A DNA stretch of 64,000 bases from Paramecium tetraurelia (taxonomy: Eukaryota): assembly GCA_000165425.1 (NCBI GenBank), contig CT868274.1, positions 186,001 to 250,000 on the forward strand, given 5' to 3'. Below are positions 50,301 through 61,619 of this stretch, one piece after another (position 1 is the stretch's first letter; each line of letters starts with the position of its first letter). The notes beneath the pieces are model-generated. The model was not told the DNA's origin. It worked only from the letters and a program-made list of their open reading frames with translations, and did not search any database. A program made the position numbers and the translations under genes.

Positions 50301-52662
50301 TCAAGAAGACATAGAGTCTATTATTCCAAATGGCACTCTCAATGGTCTTAATATCAAATTCTGCTTAGATTGCCTTGTGATCAGCCTTAATCATCTCCAA
50401 TCTTTTGCAATGTTTACTATACAGAGGAGCCAGAGTCTCAACTATTTATCTACTTGTTTCTGATTGCAACAATAATGAGTAATCCTTATTTTTACTCCAG
50501 CAATTTGTTAATACACAATAATAGCCATCGTCATTGATAAAAAATTGATCCAAATACTTTTATGAATATGATATGAATTTAATAGAGAGTACATTTTTAT
50601 TATGTATACTGGCAACTAGAACTGGGAACATGGTGTTATTGCTATTCCAATGGATAACAGTCACATAATCAATAGCACTTTCTGTAATTTTATCTTTTAA
50701 ATCCTAACTGATCTCTTCATTCTCATCGACTTCAACCAAATCTTATTGAATTTACAATTATTATTTGATAACAAATTACTCTATCTGTTCATCTGGTTTT
50801 TGAGCATTACAAGCCTCACAATTTTGATTGGTCTCCTTATTAACCAAAGTGCAAATACTGCATTGCCATTCTCCACTGGTGCTCACAATGTCAAGTGCTT
50901 TATCGAAATTGTTATTAGTTTGAATAAGAGCCTCTTTACAAGCTGATTCCTCGAAATCCATTGCAACTAACTTCTCAAGCATTGCTTAATCATATAATGG
51001 TAGTTGTTCAGTTTCGCCAGTAATATAGTTTTCCAATATTTTATATATGTGACTTGGTGTTTCTTCTGATTGAACATCAATTTTCTTCTTGTTTTTCTGA
51101 TAGGGTCCCAATTGTCTCAAATCTACATCAATGACTTTAAAGAGTTCAGCTTCACCGTTGTAAATAGATATTGAATCTTGATATCTCAATGAGAAGTAGC
51201 GATCACTTTTGCTTAGGATTCTTTCACCCTAAGCCTGTATTTCACTTCGCAATATTAACTTGGAATGTTTGGTTCCATTGTTATTGATTTCATCATCGCA
51301 ATATGCATATTTGACTCCTTAAACCTGGTTATAAGTATTTTCCATATTCAACAACATTGAATGGATTTTCTGTTGCTGGATGATCTGCGAATGTTAACAA
51401 TCTCATCTTTGCAGACTCTATGCTTCTAACCTCTTCAAATTATTCTATCAATTAAACAAGTATTCTCTCTGCTATTCTGCATTGTTCTATAGAATATTTG
51501 TATTAAAATTCATCCTTTTTTTCTTCCTGAACAATCTCCTCATTTATTGGCAACATCTACGTTATTTCCCTGCAATAATTAATCATTCTCCTTTCTCTTA
51601 GGGTTTGCTCTCGAATTTCTCCTTCAACTTCCTCACATGATGTTTTAAATATTGTCTTATCCTTTTAAGTTTCTTTGATGCTTCCTCGTCCAAAATTAAA
51701 TATACTATCTCATTGTCCTCCTGATAATTGCACATCACCAACTTCATCTTTATTAGTACCTCTAATTCTGCCTTGGGAATTTGTTAGCCTACCAATGGAC
51801 AATTTCGAACAGACACTAATCGATCTTGCAATTGGTGAATTTCATTTCTATCTATATCATATTATCGATACTTATTCATCGTGAAGGAGGCATTCGAATG
51901 CTACATTTACTAACTCTAAAGCTAGACTTGTTCTAATTGCTCTACTACACTGCGATCCTCATACTTCATTGTCAAATGCACCGAATTCCCAAATTGCGAT
52001 AGTCTAACACAAGGGTACCAAGGACCTGAAATCAGAGTGCCCTTTGGTATGCCTTTGTTAGTGCTCAGATTGCCATTCAAGTAGAATTACAGTGATTGCT
52101 CGTTGAAATTAAGAAGCACACCCACCACTCTCTGCGTTGTCGTTTTAAATTCGAATAGGTGTCCCTCAAAATTTTCGCTTGGAGATTACTATTTGGATAT
52201 GCCAATCTGCAATTAGGACTACGCCTTACTTTCACTCCTTCTGTATTAAAAGGGCATACGATTTCCCAATAATGAACGCCCTCGCTGAAGCATATATTCG
52301 CTATTGCTAGACCACTGGAGTCCTTTGCTGGATTAAGCTGCTAAATTGTTGTGCCTTAAAGCGATGCCACTGTATGTGGTGTTAAATGTGAAAAGAACAT
52401 AAATTAAATAATTCCCCTGATACTTTCTGAACAGGTATTTAGATTAATGTTCAAGAATGAAATACACTTATTTATCTATATCATTTTTTATATCCTAACT
52501 CAACATCCCAATCCAAGACTCTCCCTTCTTTTGTACCATACCAAAGAATGACTTTAAATTTAATTATTCATTCTGAATAAGGGGAATTCTATTTATTAAA
52601 TTATAGCCTTATGTATATTATAATAAAATGCTTCTATTTGAGTATTGTGAACTAACCATCAT
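38335..52662 (-). CDS. Giant multidomain ubiquitin enzyme: SPRY-UBA-RanBP2 ZnF-scaffold-BIRC6/BRUCE-type E2-UBA6-like E1 fusion (about 4,600-4,700 aa; several apparent 1-nt frameshifts; start approximate)
   Basis: Uninterrupted coding-like DNA with no AT-only intergenic spacer over 14.3 kb; domains listed separately below; TGA at 38335-38337 after the UFD-like tail KGIPQVRLALK. Confidence 0.75.
41640..42990 (-). other. BIRC6/BRUCE-type UBC (E2) domain with its conserved upstream helical region
   Basis: KRGVGYASD...[95 protein letters not shown] (Cys codon 41951-41953), [19 protein letters not shown]. Confidence 0.93.
50790..50990 (-). other. UBA domain followed by a RanBP2/NZF-type zinc finger within the giant gene
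   Basis: [32 protein letters not shown] then [25 protein letters not shown], which carries a TL at the NZF ubiquitin-binding positions. Confidence 0.88.
51960..52340 (-). other. SPRY/B30.2-like domain near the N-terminus of the giant gene
   Basis: [46 protein letters not shown]. Confidence 0.85.
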
Positions 52663-52688
52663 TCATTAAATTAAATAATTTTTAAAAT

Positions 52689-53247
52689 ATGTCATCAGAT
52701 TCAGGATCGCATAAAAAAGAGGAGGCCAATCGAATTTATGTGACAGGATACTCTGCTAAAGAATCTGAAATGGAAATCAAGAACGCATTTGCTAGACATG
52801 GCGAAATTCAAGAGTTTTCTTGGAAAGGGCGATTTTGTTTCATCGTAAGACATGGACCGTTTGGCATTTAGGGTACAGGCTTATGCCAAGCCTGAGGACG
52901 CATCTGATGCAGTTAGATTAATGAATATGCAAGACTTCAACGGGAGAAATCTAATTGTCGAGTTGGCACGAGCGAAGAAAAAAGATGGTGCATGCTATTA
53001 ATGTGGGAAATAGGGGCATTTGTATTCATTCCTATCATTCTTTTTAGTGCTCGCAATTGTCGTTAGAATCGACGCTCCTACTCTGACTCCAGGTATAAGA
53101 AATTGTGACATTAGGCGCCATTCTAAAAAGAAAAAAAAACATCCAAAGCATCGATCTTCTAGCTCTTCCTCCAGTAGTGAAAAGAAAAAGTCAAAGAAAA
53201 AAAGGAGAAAGAGTTCCTCGAGTTCTCATTCCCGATCAAGTGATTGA
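52689..53247 (+). CDS. SR-type splicing factor: RRM, CCHC zinc knuckle and K/S/R-rich tail (SRSF7/RSZ-like)
   Basis: RIYVTG, GRFCFIAY (RNP1), FNGRNLIVELAR, CYQCGKQGHFARNC, tail RSSSSSSSSEKKKSKKKRRKSSSSSHSRSSD; three introns. Confidence 0.88.
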
Positions 53248-53293
53248 TAATCAAATATTCAAATATATTAATAGTAAATTTATAATATAAATC

Positions 53294-55719
53294 TCACTCC
53301 TAAAACCTTTGATTTGTGATATGTTATAAAATTGTGGTCATCGTTCGATCCTCATTCCCTCCCTTTAAGTCCTTCTTGAATGTTGGCATCTTAGATAGAT
53401 TTCGTTTTATATTCTGTTGACTCACTTCATTGTCTCTGATGAACTTCCTCTTATCCACTTTAATAATTTACATGAAATCTTACAATCAATCACTCCAAAG
53501 CATTTCTCATTATGCATCAACAAATTGCTTTATATCATGAATGTCTCCAATACTTTGTGTCCAAAAGTAACAAATATTCTAACAGATTCCTCTGCACAAT
53601 AATTGTTGATCTTTTATGCTATTACATCACTCTCCTATCTCACAAATGTCTTAATTTCTGTTTACATTACTCTCGTCTTTAAGAACATCTCATTCAAATT
53701 AACAGTCTTAAAACAAGATGCCTTTGCTGCACTACTTACTCCATTTTCTTTGCATTGTGGAGATAATGGTTCTTAACAAAGTAGAGTACGCTTTGGCTTT
53801 TGATTATTAATGAAGAACTAAAAGCAATTATCAGGTAAAAATGGATCCAGTGATTAAACATGAACAGAAAAGTTCCATAACATTGTCTACTAATTAATTC
53901 TATTTATTTCTAATTTTGACTTCATCACATTATGCTATCTGTTTTTGGAATCTATCTTTGTACCATCTTTAATAATAGAATTAATTAAATACCTGGACAA
54001 ACAAGTGCAAAGTCTAATTAAAAGTTATTCTTATTTGGAACATATATCAATATATGATATTGATTGATAAGACTATAATAGTCTGGAATCATAGGAATAT
54101 TGAGTAACTACCCTGTAGAATTAGCAAGCACATCAAAATCATATGATACTTACAAGAACCCTTTTCTTTATGCATGAACTCTCACTTATTTAAACATCAA
54201 TCCTGGACAACTAAATTACCCTTAGTCATTGGTCATACCAATAAGTGGTTCTTGATCTGTTTAATCAGATTAAAATATTTCTAGTCTGCAATTCTCAATA
54301 TCTTTGTGTTGTCCACCTCTTAAGAGAATATTATATGCTCTAAATTACAAGGTAGTTTCAACACAACTAACCAAGTCAAATTCTATTTTCACATCAGTAT
54401 TCCCCTGTAAAAATACTGTTCTCTTTTAAGAAAAGCAATCTTTTTTACTCACATCAATGACATATTCTTATTTGTCTCTTCCGTAAAATACAAATGCTTA
54501 TTCATTGCTGTCAAAAGTCAATGTCTCAGTAATATTCTTAGTCACATTGACAGTAGCATCTTCTGGAGCTTTAACAATACATTTGATAACATCATTTCTT
54601 TCTACTCTGGTTGAAACATAAACAGTATCTGTATTATCATCGAGGAGCTCATCAACATTTAGCTGAGTTTTCATAGTTTGAATACAATTTCCAGTAATTT
54701 CTATTTCATATGCATTGACTTATTAAACTAAATCTATAAATTTGGCTTCATCAAAACAACTAAGTGGAACTGTTTAACTGAACAATTTCACAGTAAACTT
54801 TTTCTCTGGTGATTAGGCTCTCTGTTTTTATCCTGACAAATCAATTTAAGAGATGTTGGTTTGAGTCATCCATGCTTAGGATTTAGTAGGTGAAAAATAA
54901 ACTCTTACTGATTTCTCCATATCTCTTATATTTTCTGTGCTCTTGTAAATATCTAATTTAGAAGCACTTTTTTAAGCACTGCCTTATTAACAAAACGAAG
55001 TTCTTATGACAATTTATTTTGTAGGAGTTTATGCTGATTATAATGTAGGAGCTTCTCTCTAACGGACAGTCACTTAAAGTCCCTCTAAAATATTTCTTTA
55101 CTATCCTTCTTCACTAACAGGAACCACATTTTTGATTGGACAATCAACATTGACTGTTAAATTAAATTTTCTAAGATGGAGCCATACCAAATCGGCTATC
55201 AATTTAGGTGAGATTTGCTCTTTTGAATATTACCTAGAATACAACACAACTGAATGCACTTCAGGTTGATAGAGTTGGATTTATAAGTAGTGATCAGGAT
55301 GACTTATTTGTTATCGGAATACTTTTATGAATGGATACCTATTAAATAGACATTAAAATTTTACTTTCTATTGATTGTTTATTTTATTTCATCAAGCAGA
55401 TCTTAAAATGCTTCCTTGGTTTCATCTACACCTGTACTCTTAAATTTTGGATTATAACAACTTTAAATGGATACTCCTATTTGTTATGACTTAAGTTAAT
55501 CAAACTCAAGAAAATTCACAAAGGAGGTCTTCTCTTGAATACTAGAGATCATATTTCTTAAAAATTCCTTGTATTATAAAGTAATTTTAGTGGTCATTGC
55601 TGGCATCATATTGTCATTAAAAAAACTAAATCTCTACTAATAAGGTACCTCACTTTGGATTTGAACTTAAATCTATTTGGAGACTGCTAAGAATTAATGC
55701 TGCTAGTTGTTTAGAACAT
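53294..55719 (-). CDS. Hypothetical protein, possibly with beta-sandwich (carboxypeptidase-regulatory/transthyretin-like) domains
   Basis: Long open frame with ciliate code; segment IENCRLEI...GMTNDQGQFSC...VRVHAQRKGFLQ resembles CarboxypepD_reg-like folds; function unknown. Confidence 0.65.
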
Positions 55720-55972
55720 AAATTTATATTTGATCGTTAAAAAATTAAAAGGAGAATTTCATTAGTCATCATTGAGATTATCTAAACTCCATAATAAATT
55801 AACTATATATCATTTTTCAATTAATAATCAGATATCCACATAAAAAAAGATTCTCTTATTAATGATTTAATAATTTTGTCACATAAACTAATTGCATTTT
55901 AGTTAACACTTTGTTAATTTAAAAAATCTTTAAAAAATCTAAAATAATACATAATAAATTTTGATACTCATT

Positions 55973-58083
55973 TCATACCTATTACTAACTTATTATTGCT
56001 GATCTTTTTTCACTTTCTATTTAATAACTCTGAACTTCCATGCTCCAAGCAGAATCCTTATCTATTGAGTTTTTATCTGAACTGTCAATCTCATTAGGAA
56101 CATTATGCATAGCTTATTGTTATTAAATGCTCTCATATTAACTCTAAACCAAACGAAACAAGCTCGAATTTTATTTGGCAAAGCTGAGCAATTTTTAATT
56201 CAATATAAAATTTTGGTTTTAATTCTCATTGATTCTTTAAAATGTTCGAACTAACCCCTCGGCATTTGAAGCTCCTAATTAAGCTTTGAAAAATCTAGCC
56301 ACCTTTGCTAAACGAACATTTATTGGTACTATTAGTTGTCTATAATATTATACTCTCAGAACTAGCAACAAATGTTAAATCTAATCTTTTATCTTTTTCT
56401 TTTTCAGTTTATTAAGAATTAGATAACAATTTTTATTACTATTATTGGTTAGTTAAGATATCAAACAGATCTTTTTAATTGATCATTTAATCTTGAAATA
56501 CAGGAGAACAAAATGTATTGAACAAGACTAATTGATCATCATCAAAAAAGAATAACTTCAAGCAGTCTATTTCATAAAGCTTTTTAAGGATATTAGTGAG
56601 ATCTAAATCATATTAAATCTTTGATTTTGCTATCTAAGATATTATAATTTCTTTTTCTGTCTTAACAGATTAATCACCTTAAATCGACCTAAACAATTTG
56701 TAAACCAAATATTTTATATACTAAATAAAAGAATAGGCTATTTCAAAATTTAAAATCTAATTATAATTATCTAATTATCATACTTGCTATAATTATCCTG
56801 TTTGACTTATATTAGTTGGTCTTTATTATTAAAAAATTGTTTTTGTTTTATCATGATAATGTATCGAAGATTATCTCTTTTTCTGAACGCTTTCTAAGTC
56901 AAATTTAAAAACTGAGTTCATAAGAACAGCGAAAGTTTTGTGTTAATTATAGCTACGATAAAAAATCTTTAAGAAACTCATTATGGCTACTGCTAAGGCT
57001 GTGGCTTAAGATAATGAAGCACTAAATATAGAAAAGAGGTCCGATTTGGAAATGAAGAAGTATTATCTATTGGGTGATGATCTTATGAAAAAAGAGCACA
57101 AATTTGACCCCTCGGTAAATTCTGTAGGTTCCAATCTTCTCTCTTATTTATCAAAAGTGGTAGTTTAAAATAATAGTTCTTCCAATTTCAGACTCAAAAA
57201 GTCATAAAATATTGAGTTACTCTCTTATCATTGATATATACGTTACTTAAGTCCATTGAGAATGGCATTATAAAAATATCTTCATTATTTGACATTCCAA
57301 TTACAAATTTCCAAAAGATATTAATTGGATAGTATTCTAAGGGAGAAGAAAGATTAAATTATTGTTGAAGTCTTGACCCTCTTACAAATAAATCTACATT
57401 AAGTCTTAATTAATTAATCTAATAGATACCCGCTTTTTATGAATGATTAAATTTCCTCTATGGGTTTGCAATTGATATTAGTAATATTTTTGCAGACCTT
57501 AATTTAAATCTTTAAGTAAGAAAAGAAGGCATCAAAATATTACCCTTTGATATAATAATCACCATCTGCGCAATAAAGATTTTGTTTTTATTAATTCGAA
57601 ATTGAAATAACATCGAAGTTAAATTAGTTAACTGTGGTAGTTTGGCATTTTTTCAATAGTAAATTAGTTGAGTTTTTTTCGAAACCTATTTTTTAAGCAT
57701 CCCTCTTTTGTTCAACATACTAAACACCTATTGAGATATATCTATTATTAATTTTATATACTATTAAATTTCTGATATGTTTTCAAAAATATTTCCATTT
57801 TAATCAGAAATCTCAAATGCAAATATTGTGTTGTTGCTATTTATATATGTTGAATTTAGAATTGTATTTTTCGTACCAACATAGACAGTTTCTTGATCTG
57901 AAATTGCTTTATAAATGACTCCAATTATGTAAAATATACTAAATATTCCAACTAATATTGTTAGCACTCCACCTTGAATAACAAAATCTAAGTACCAATT
58001 ACTGTTAATGATTTTTGCCTCTAATTGATGTTGAATTCGTAAGGAGTTACAAGCAGATCAGCCTTCTTTAATAAATTTCTCAT
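55973..58083 (-). CDS. Ciliate-type two-TM membrane protein with a Cys-containing extracellular loop (paralog A)
   Basis: TM1 TVIGGVLTILVGIFSIFYIIGVIY, loop LYCADGDYYIKG...IKVCKN..NCKPIEEI, TM2 ALAVAIMSFLKIFY, C-terminal motif DLDLTNILKKLYEIDCLKLFFFDDDQLVLF. Confidence 0.75.
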
Positions 58084-58439
58084 AATATAATTATTATTCT
58101 TGAAATTATGCGATCTAGCTCTTTGTGAATTGTTTTTGGTGAATAAGTTCTCACCAATTGTTTAAGAATAATGAACGATGCATGTTAAATTAATAATATA
58201 ATCATAATTGAAAGGGAAAAATAGCTTGCTTCATTACTAGTATAAAAGGATAAATCAAAATTTAGAACAAAGCAATACTTAAATGAATATGAATATTTAA
58301 TTTTTAATATTTGTTATTGATTGTGAAATCGTTTTAGAATGATCACATGGTTGTAATACAGATATAATAATATAGACAAGATACTCCATTTTCGAAAATA
58401 AAAATTGTCTAATTGAATTTATAAATATTTGTACTAATA

Positions 58440-59632
58440 TCAATTTACTAAATTCAGTACACCCAATTTACCATCTGAAGTTCCATAACTTAGTTTATTG
58501 TAACTTGTATTATGATCGATTGTCATTACCCCACTTAATGAACAGCAATATGTATCAACACACCTATACTAGGAATCAAATTGTCTTATTTCAGAAAATA
58601 CACTTAAATGATATTATTGATTACCTTCCAGCATTTGCCGCATAAATATAATTGGTTCTCTTATCAAACTTACAAGCATACAATTTACTAACATTGTGTT
58701 TAGGTAGTAATCCTTAAACATTATTTGCATACTCAGCCCATTCAATAGTCTATAATTTATTTAAAGTTCTGGTGTCCCAAATTTCTAATTGTTTTTCATC
58801 TCTATAGGATGCAGTGATCAATTAAAACCCTTTTGAATCCATAGAGTCTCCAAAGACACAAGGACCAAAAATATAACCAGTTGATTTCTTTTGTCTCAAA
58901 TCCCACTAAATCACCATTTTATCCCATCCTCCTGTATAAAGTTAATTATGATCGCCTTAATTAAATTTCATACCAAATATTCGATTCTAATGAACAGCTG
59001 ATTGACCTTCTACAAAAGTAGTAGGAGCCTTACTCAATTTTCCGCAATCATAAAGTTTAACATGACAATCAGAACCACCTATTACAAACTTATCTCCATC
59101 CAATGAAAACTCACAACAATTGATTTGATTATCCTTATCTTCTAAATTAAACAATGATTATTTAGATGTCGCATGCCAATATATAATACTTCCATTAGCA
59201 TATGTTGACAACAATGTGTGCTTTAATTGCTCTACGACTTAACCAGGTCTCCATTTAACGCATGTGGCAGGACCTGGTTTCTATTTGGGATCTACTAATG
59301 GAACTATGTTGTAATCTTTCCCCAAATAAGCAATATTTACGAGACCATCAGAATTAGCTGAAGCTAAAAATTATGTTGTATTATCGAATGCGCACGAAAG
59401 CACTTTTGTAGGCTTGTAATATAATTACAGTTTATACTTCTCCTGTTACAATATCATTCTAGAATTAGTAATTTTTTAGTTATGAAAATGAGGATTGAGT
59501 AAAAGTATCCTTATACGCTGCTCTTATTCTTTCTAATAAGATAGTATCCTCAACTCCTCCATTTTCATTTGTATCTGTTGATTGTGAAACTTGGGTAGAA
59601 AAATTTCTTTGTCCCTCTTTAGAACTTTGCAT
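58440..59632 (-). CDS. WD40-repeat protein
   Basis: VLSCAFD...LASANSDG, ATCVKWRPG, YANGSIIYWH, INCCEFSLDG, LYTGGWDKMVIQWD, VFGPCVFGDSMD. Confidence 0.88.
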
Positions 59633-60495
59633 TAAATTATGATTGAATTGAATTTAAATAAATGTCATCTTTCTAATGAGAATATGAGGACATCAATTTT
59701 GTATCGATCACATTGTATTATAATTAAACACGATTCATATAAGAATTCCTATATAAATATGTAATCCCTTTGAAAAATAAACTTTTATTCCTGCCTTTCA
59801 CTCGTCAACTCTCAGGAGTATTTACTTATGATGAATAAAAGACTTAAAAAGAATGCATCTTCTCTACATGAGTTTATTACTGAATGATACATGTAAATTG
59901 AATTTCAGATTAAATAATCAAAATTAATAGCAAACTTAAATAAACTCTTGAATTTATAAAATTATGCTCTTGTTTTGCATCATTAGAATTAAATTTATTC
60001 AATTAGAACAGAGGATAATAATGTACGAGTTAATATAAATTTAATGATAATTTACTAAAAATAATTATTACCAATATCAAACAGCAACATCAAGTATTGA
60101 ATTAAACTGCAATCCAAAAACTGATCACAGAAAAATGAAATAGTCAAAGATGTACAAAATGAGATTCCTATACATTCGATATTCTAAAGATACAAAATTG
60201 AAGGCTCAATTTATTTTGACATCAAGATTATTTTACAGTATCATACCAATCAAAGTCCCTTATTTCTATTCAATTTTGTTTATTAATATCTCTCTCCTAA
60301 TCTAATATTAAAAAATCATTAGAGTACATATAACTATATGAGTTAGTTATAAAATATTTTATTACCATAGTGATTACAACTCTTAAATAATAATAGGAAT
60401 AAACATTGCTTTGATATAGAAAACTTAATCACATAATTAAGGAACATCAATAGTTAAAGAATAAACCAAAATTTTTTGAATATTCATATATAATA

Positions 60496-61599
60496 TCATA
60501 AATATTTTCCATATTTAGTTTGAATGTTTTTCATTAAAGTGGCTTCAATTTCTTTGAGAGTGGATGAGTAACTTTTCTTAGGTATGTACATTAATTTCAT
60601 GTCTTCTTCTGCCACATAAGAAAAGGATTCAACTGTGCCAGCTACAATACTTTAATCTCCAAAATAATCACCTAGTTTAATCAATTCAAACAATTTTTCT
60701 ATGATAAACTGAGAGACATACAATTATTTTTATTCACACTCACTCTTCCTTATTCTAATATAAATATTTCAGTGCTTTTTTATCCTTATTGTAGAATGAC
60801 GTCTCCTTTTTTGAATTATTTTTCAAATAATGCGTCACTCATTTTCAATTTATCATAAGGATCCTTAATTTCTTTTAGCAAATCCCAATTTTCAAGAAAG
60901 CTAGACTTATGAATATTGTAAGTACGTTTCGAATTATTATCTCTTTTTGATAGATGCTTCTTTTACAATAAGATTAAATGTTTCTCTATCTAATTGCCAA
61001 AGAATAGCTTTATCACTTTTTACAATGATGGATGCAGCCTAAGGAATTCAATAGAATAAGATACTCTTGGAGATTGAAATAACAATGCGAGTTCACCAAA
61101 GCTCTCTCCTGGATAGTATGTTTTAAGGAAGACATCTCCCTTGCCATAATTCTTAAAGCAATCTAATTCTCCAGTATCAACAACAAAGAGTACATTTCCT
61201 TCCTCTCCTTACTTGATTACATATTCTGATTTGTGAAATATCTTCTCTTCCATTGCTCCAACCACAATTTCAATTTCCTTTTCATTTAATGCACTAAACA
61301 TGAATCCTGCCTGCATTCTTTATTTAATTCGTTCAGATTGATCTTTACTTTTAGGAATAAATTTGGCTTTGAAATTTTCCTTTTTATTAAATTGACCATA
61401 AGCTTCGGCCGAGACTGAGAATCTCTAAATTAATTAGGAATATGATTACTTATTTTTGTACATCTTTTTTGATGGCAACAATTTCTTCGACTTCATCATC
61501 AGAGGAATCAGAGTTTGAACTCAAAGCACAATCTACATGTTTTTTCTTGTTGACTTATTGCATAAAATTGGGACCATTTCTAACCTTTTAAGGATTCAT
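60496..61599 (-). CDS. cAMP-dependent protein kinase regulatory subunit-like protein (second CNB domain degenerate)
   Basis: RFSVSAEAYG inhibitor region, IPKSKDQSERI, FMFSALNEKE, VIKQGEEGN, phosphate-binding cassette A FGELALLFQSPRAASI; cassette B reads YFGDQSIVAGTVESFSY. Confidence 0.9.
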
Positions 61600-61619
61600 A
61601 AATTAAATAAATAATTTAC

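Noticed and set aside
53294..55719. Initially considered as a motor or enzyme gene
   Set aside because: No P-loop or other catalytic motif found on translation; left as hypothetical.
59828..59883. Possible C/D-box snoRNA (ATGATGA ... CTGA)
   Set aside because: Only 56 nt, no terminal stem and no recognisable rRNA guide; such motifs arise by chance in AT-rich DNA. A snoscan or small-RNA check would settle it.
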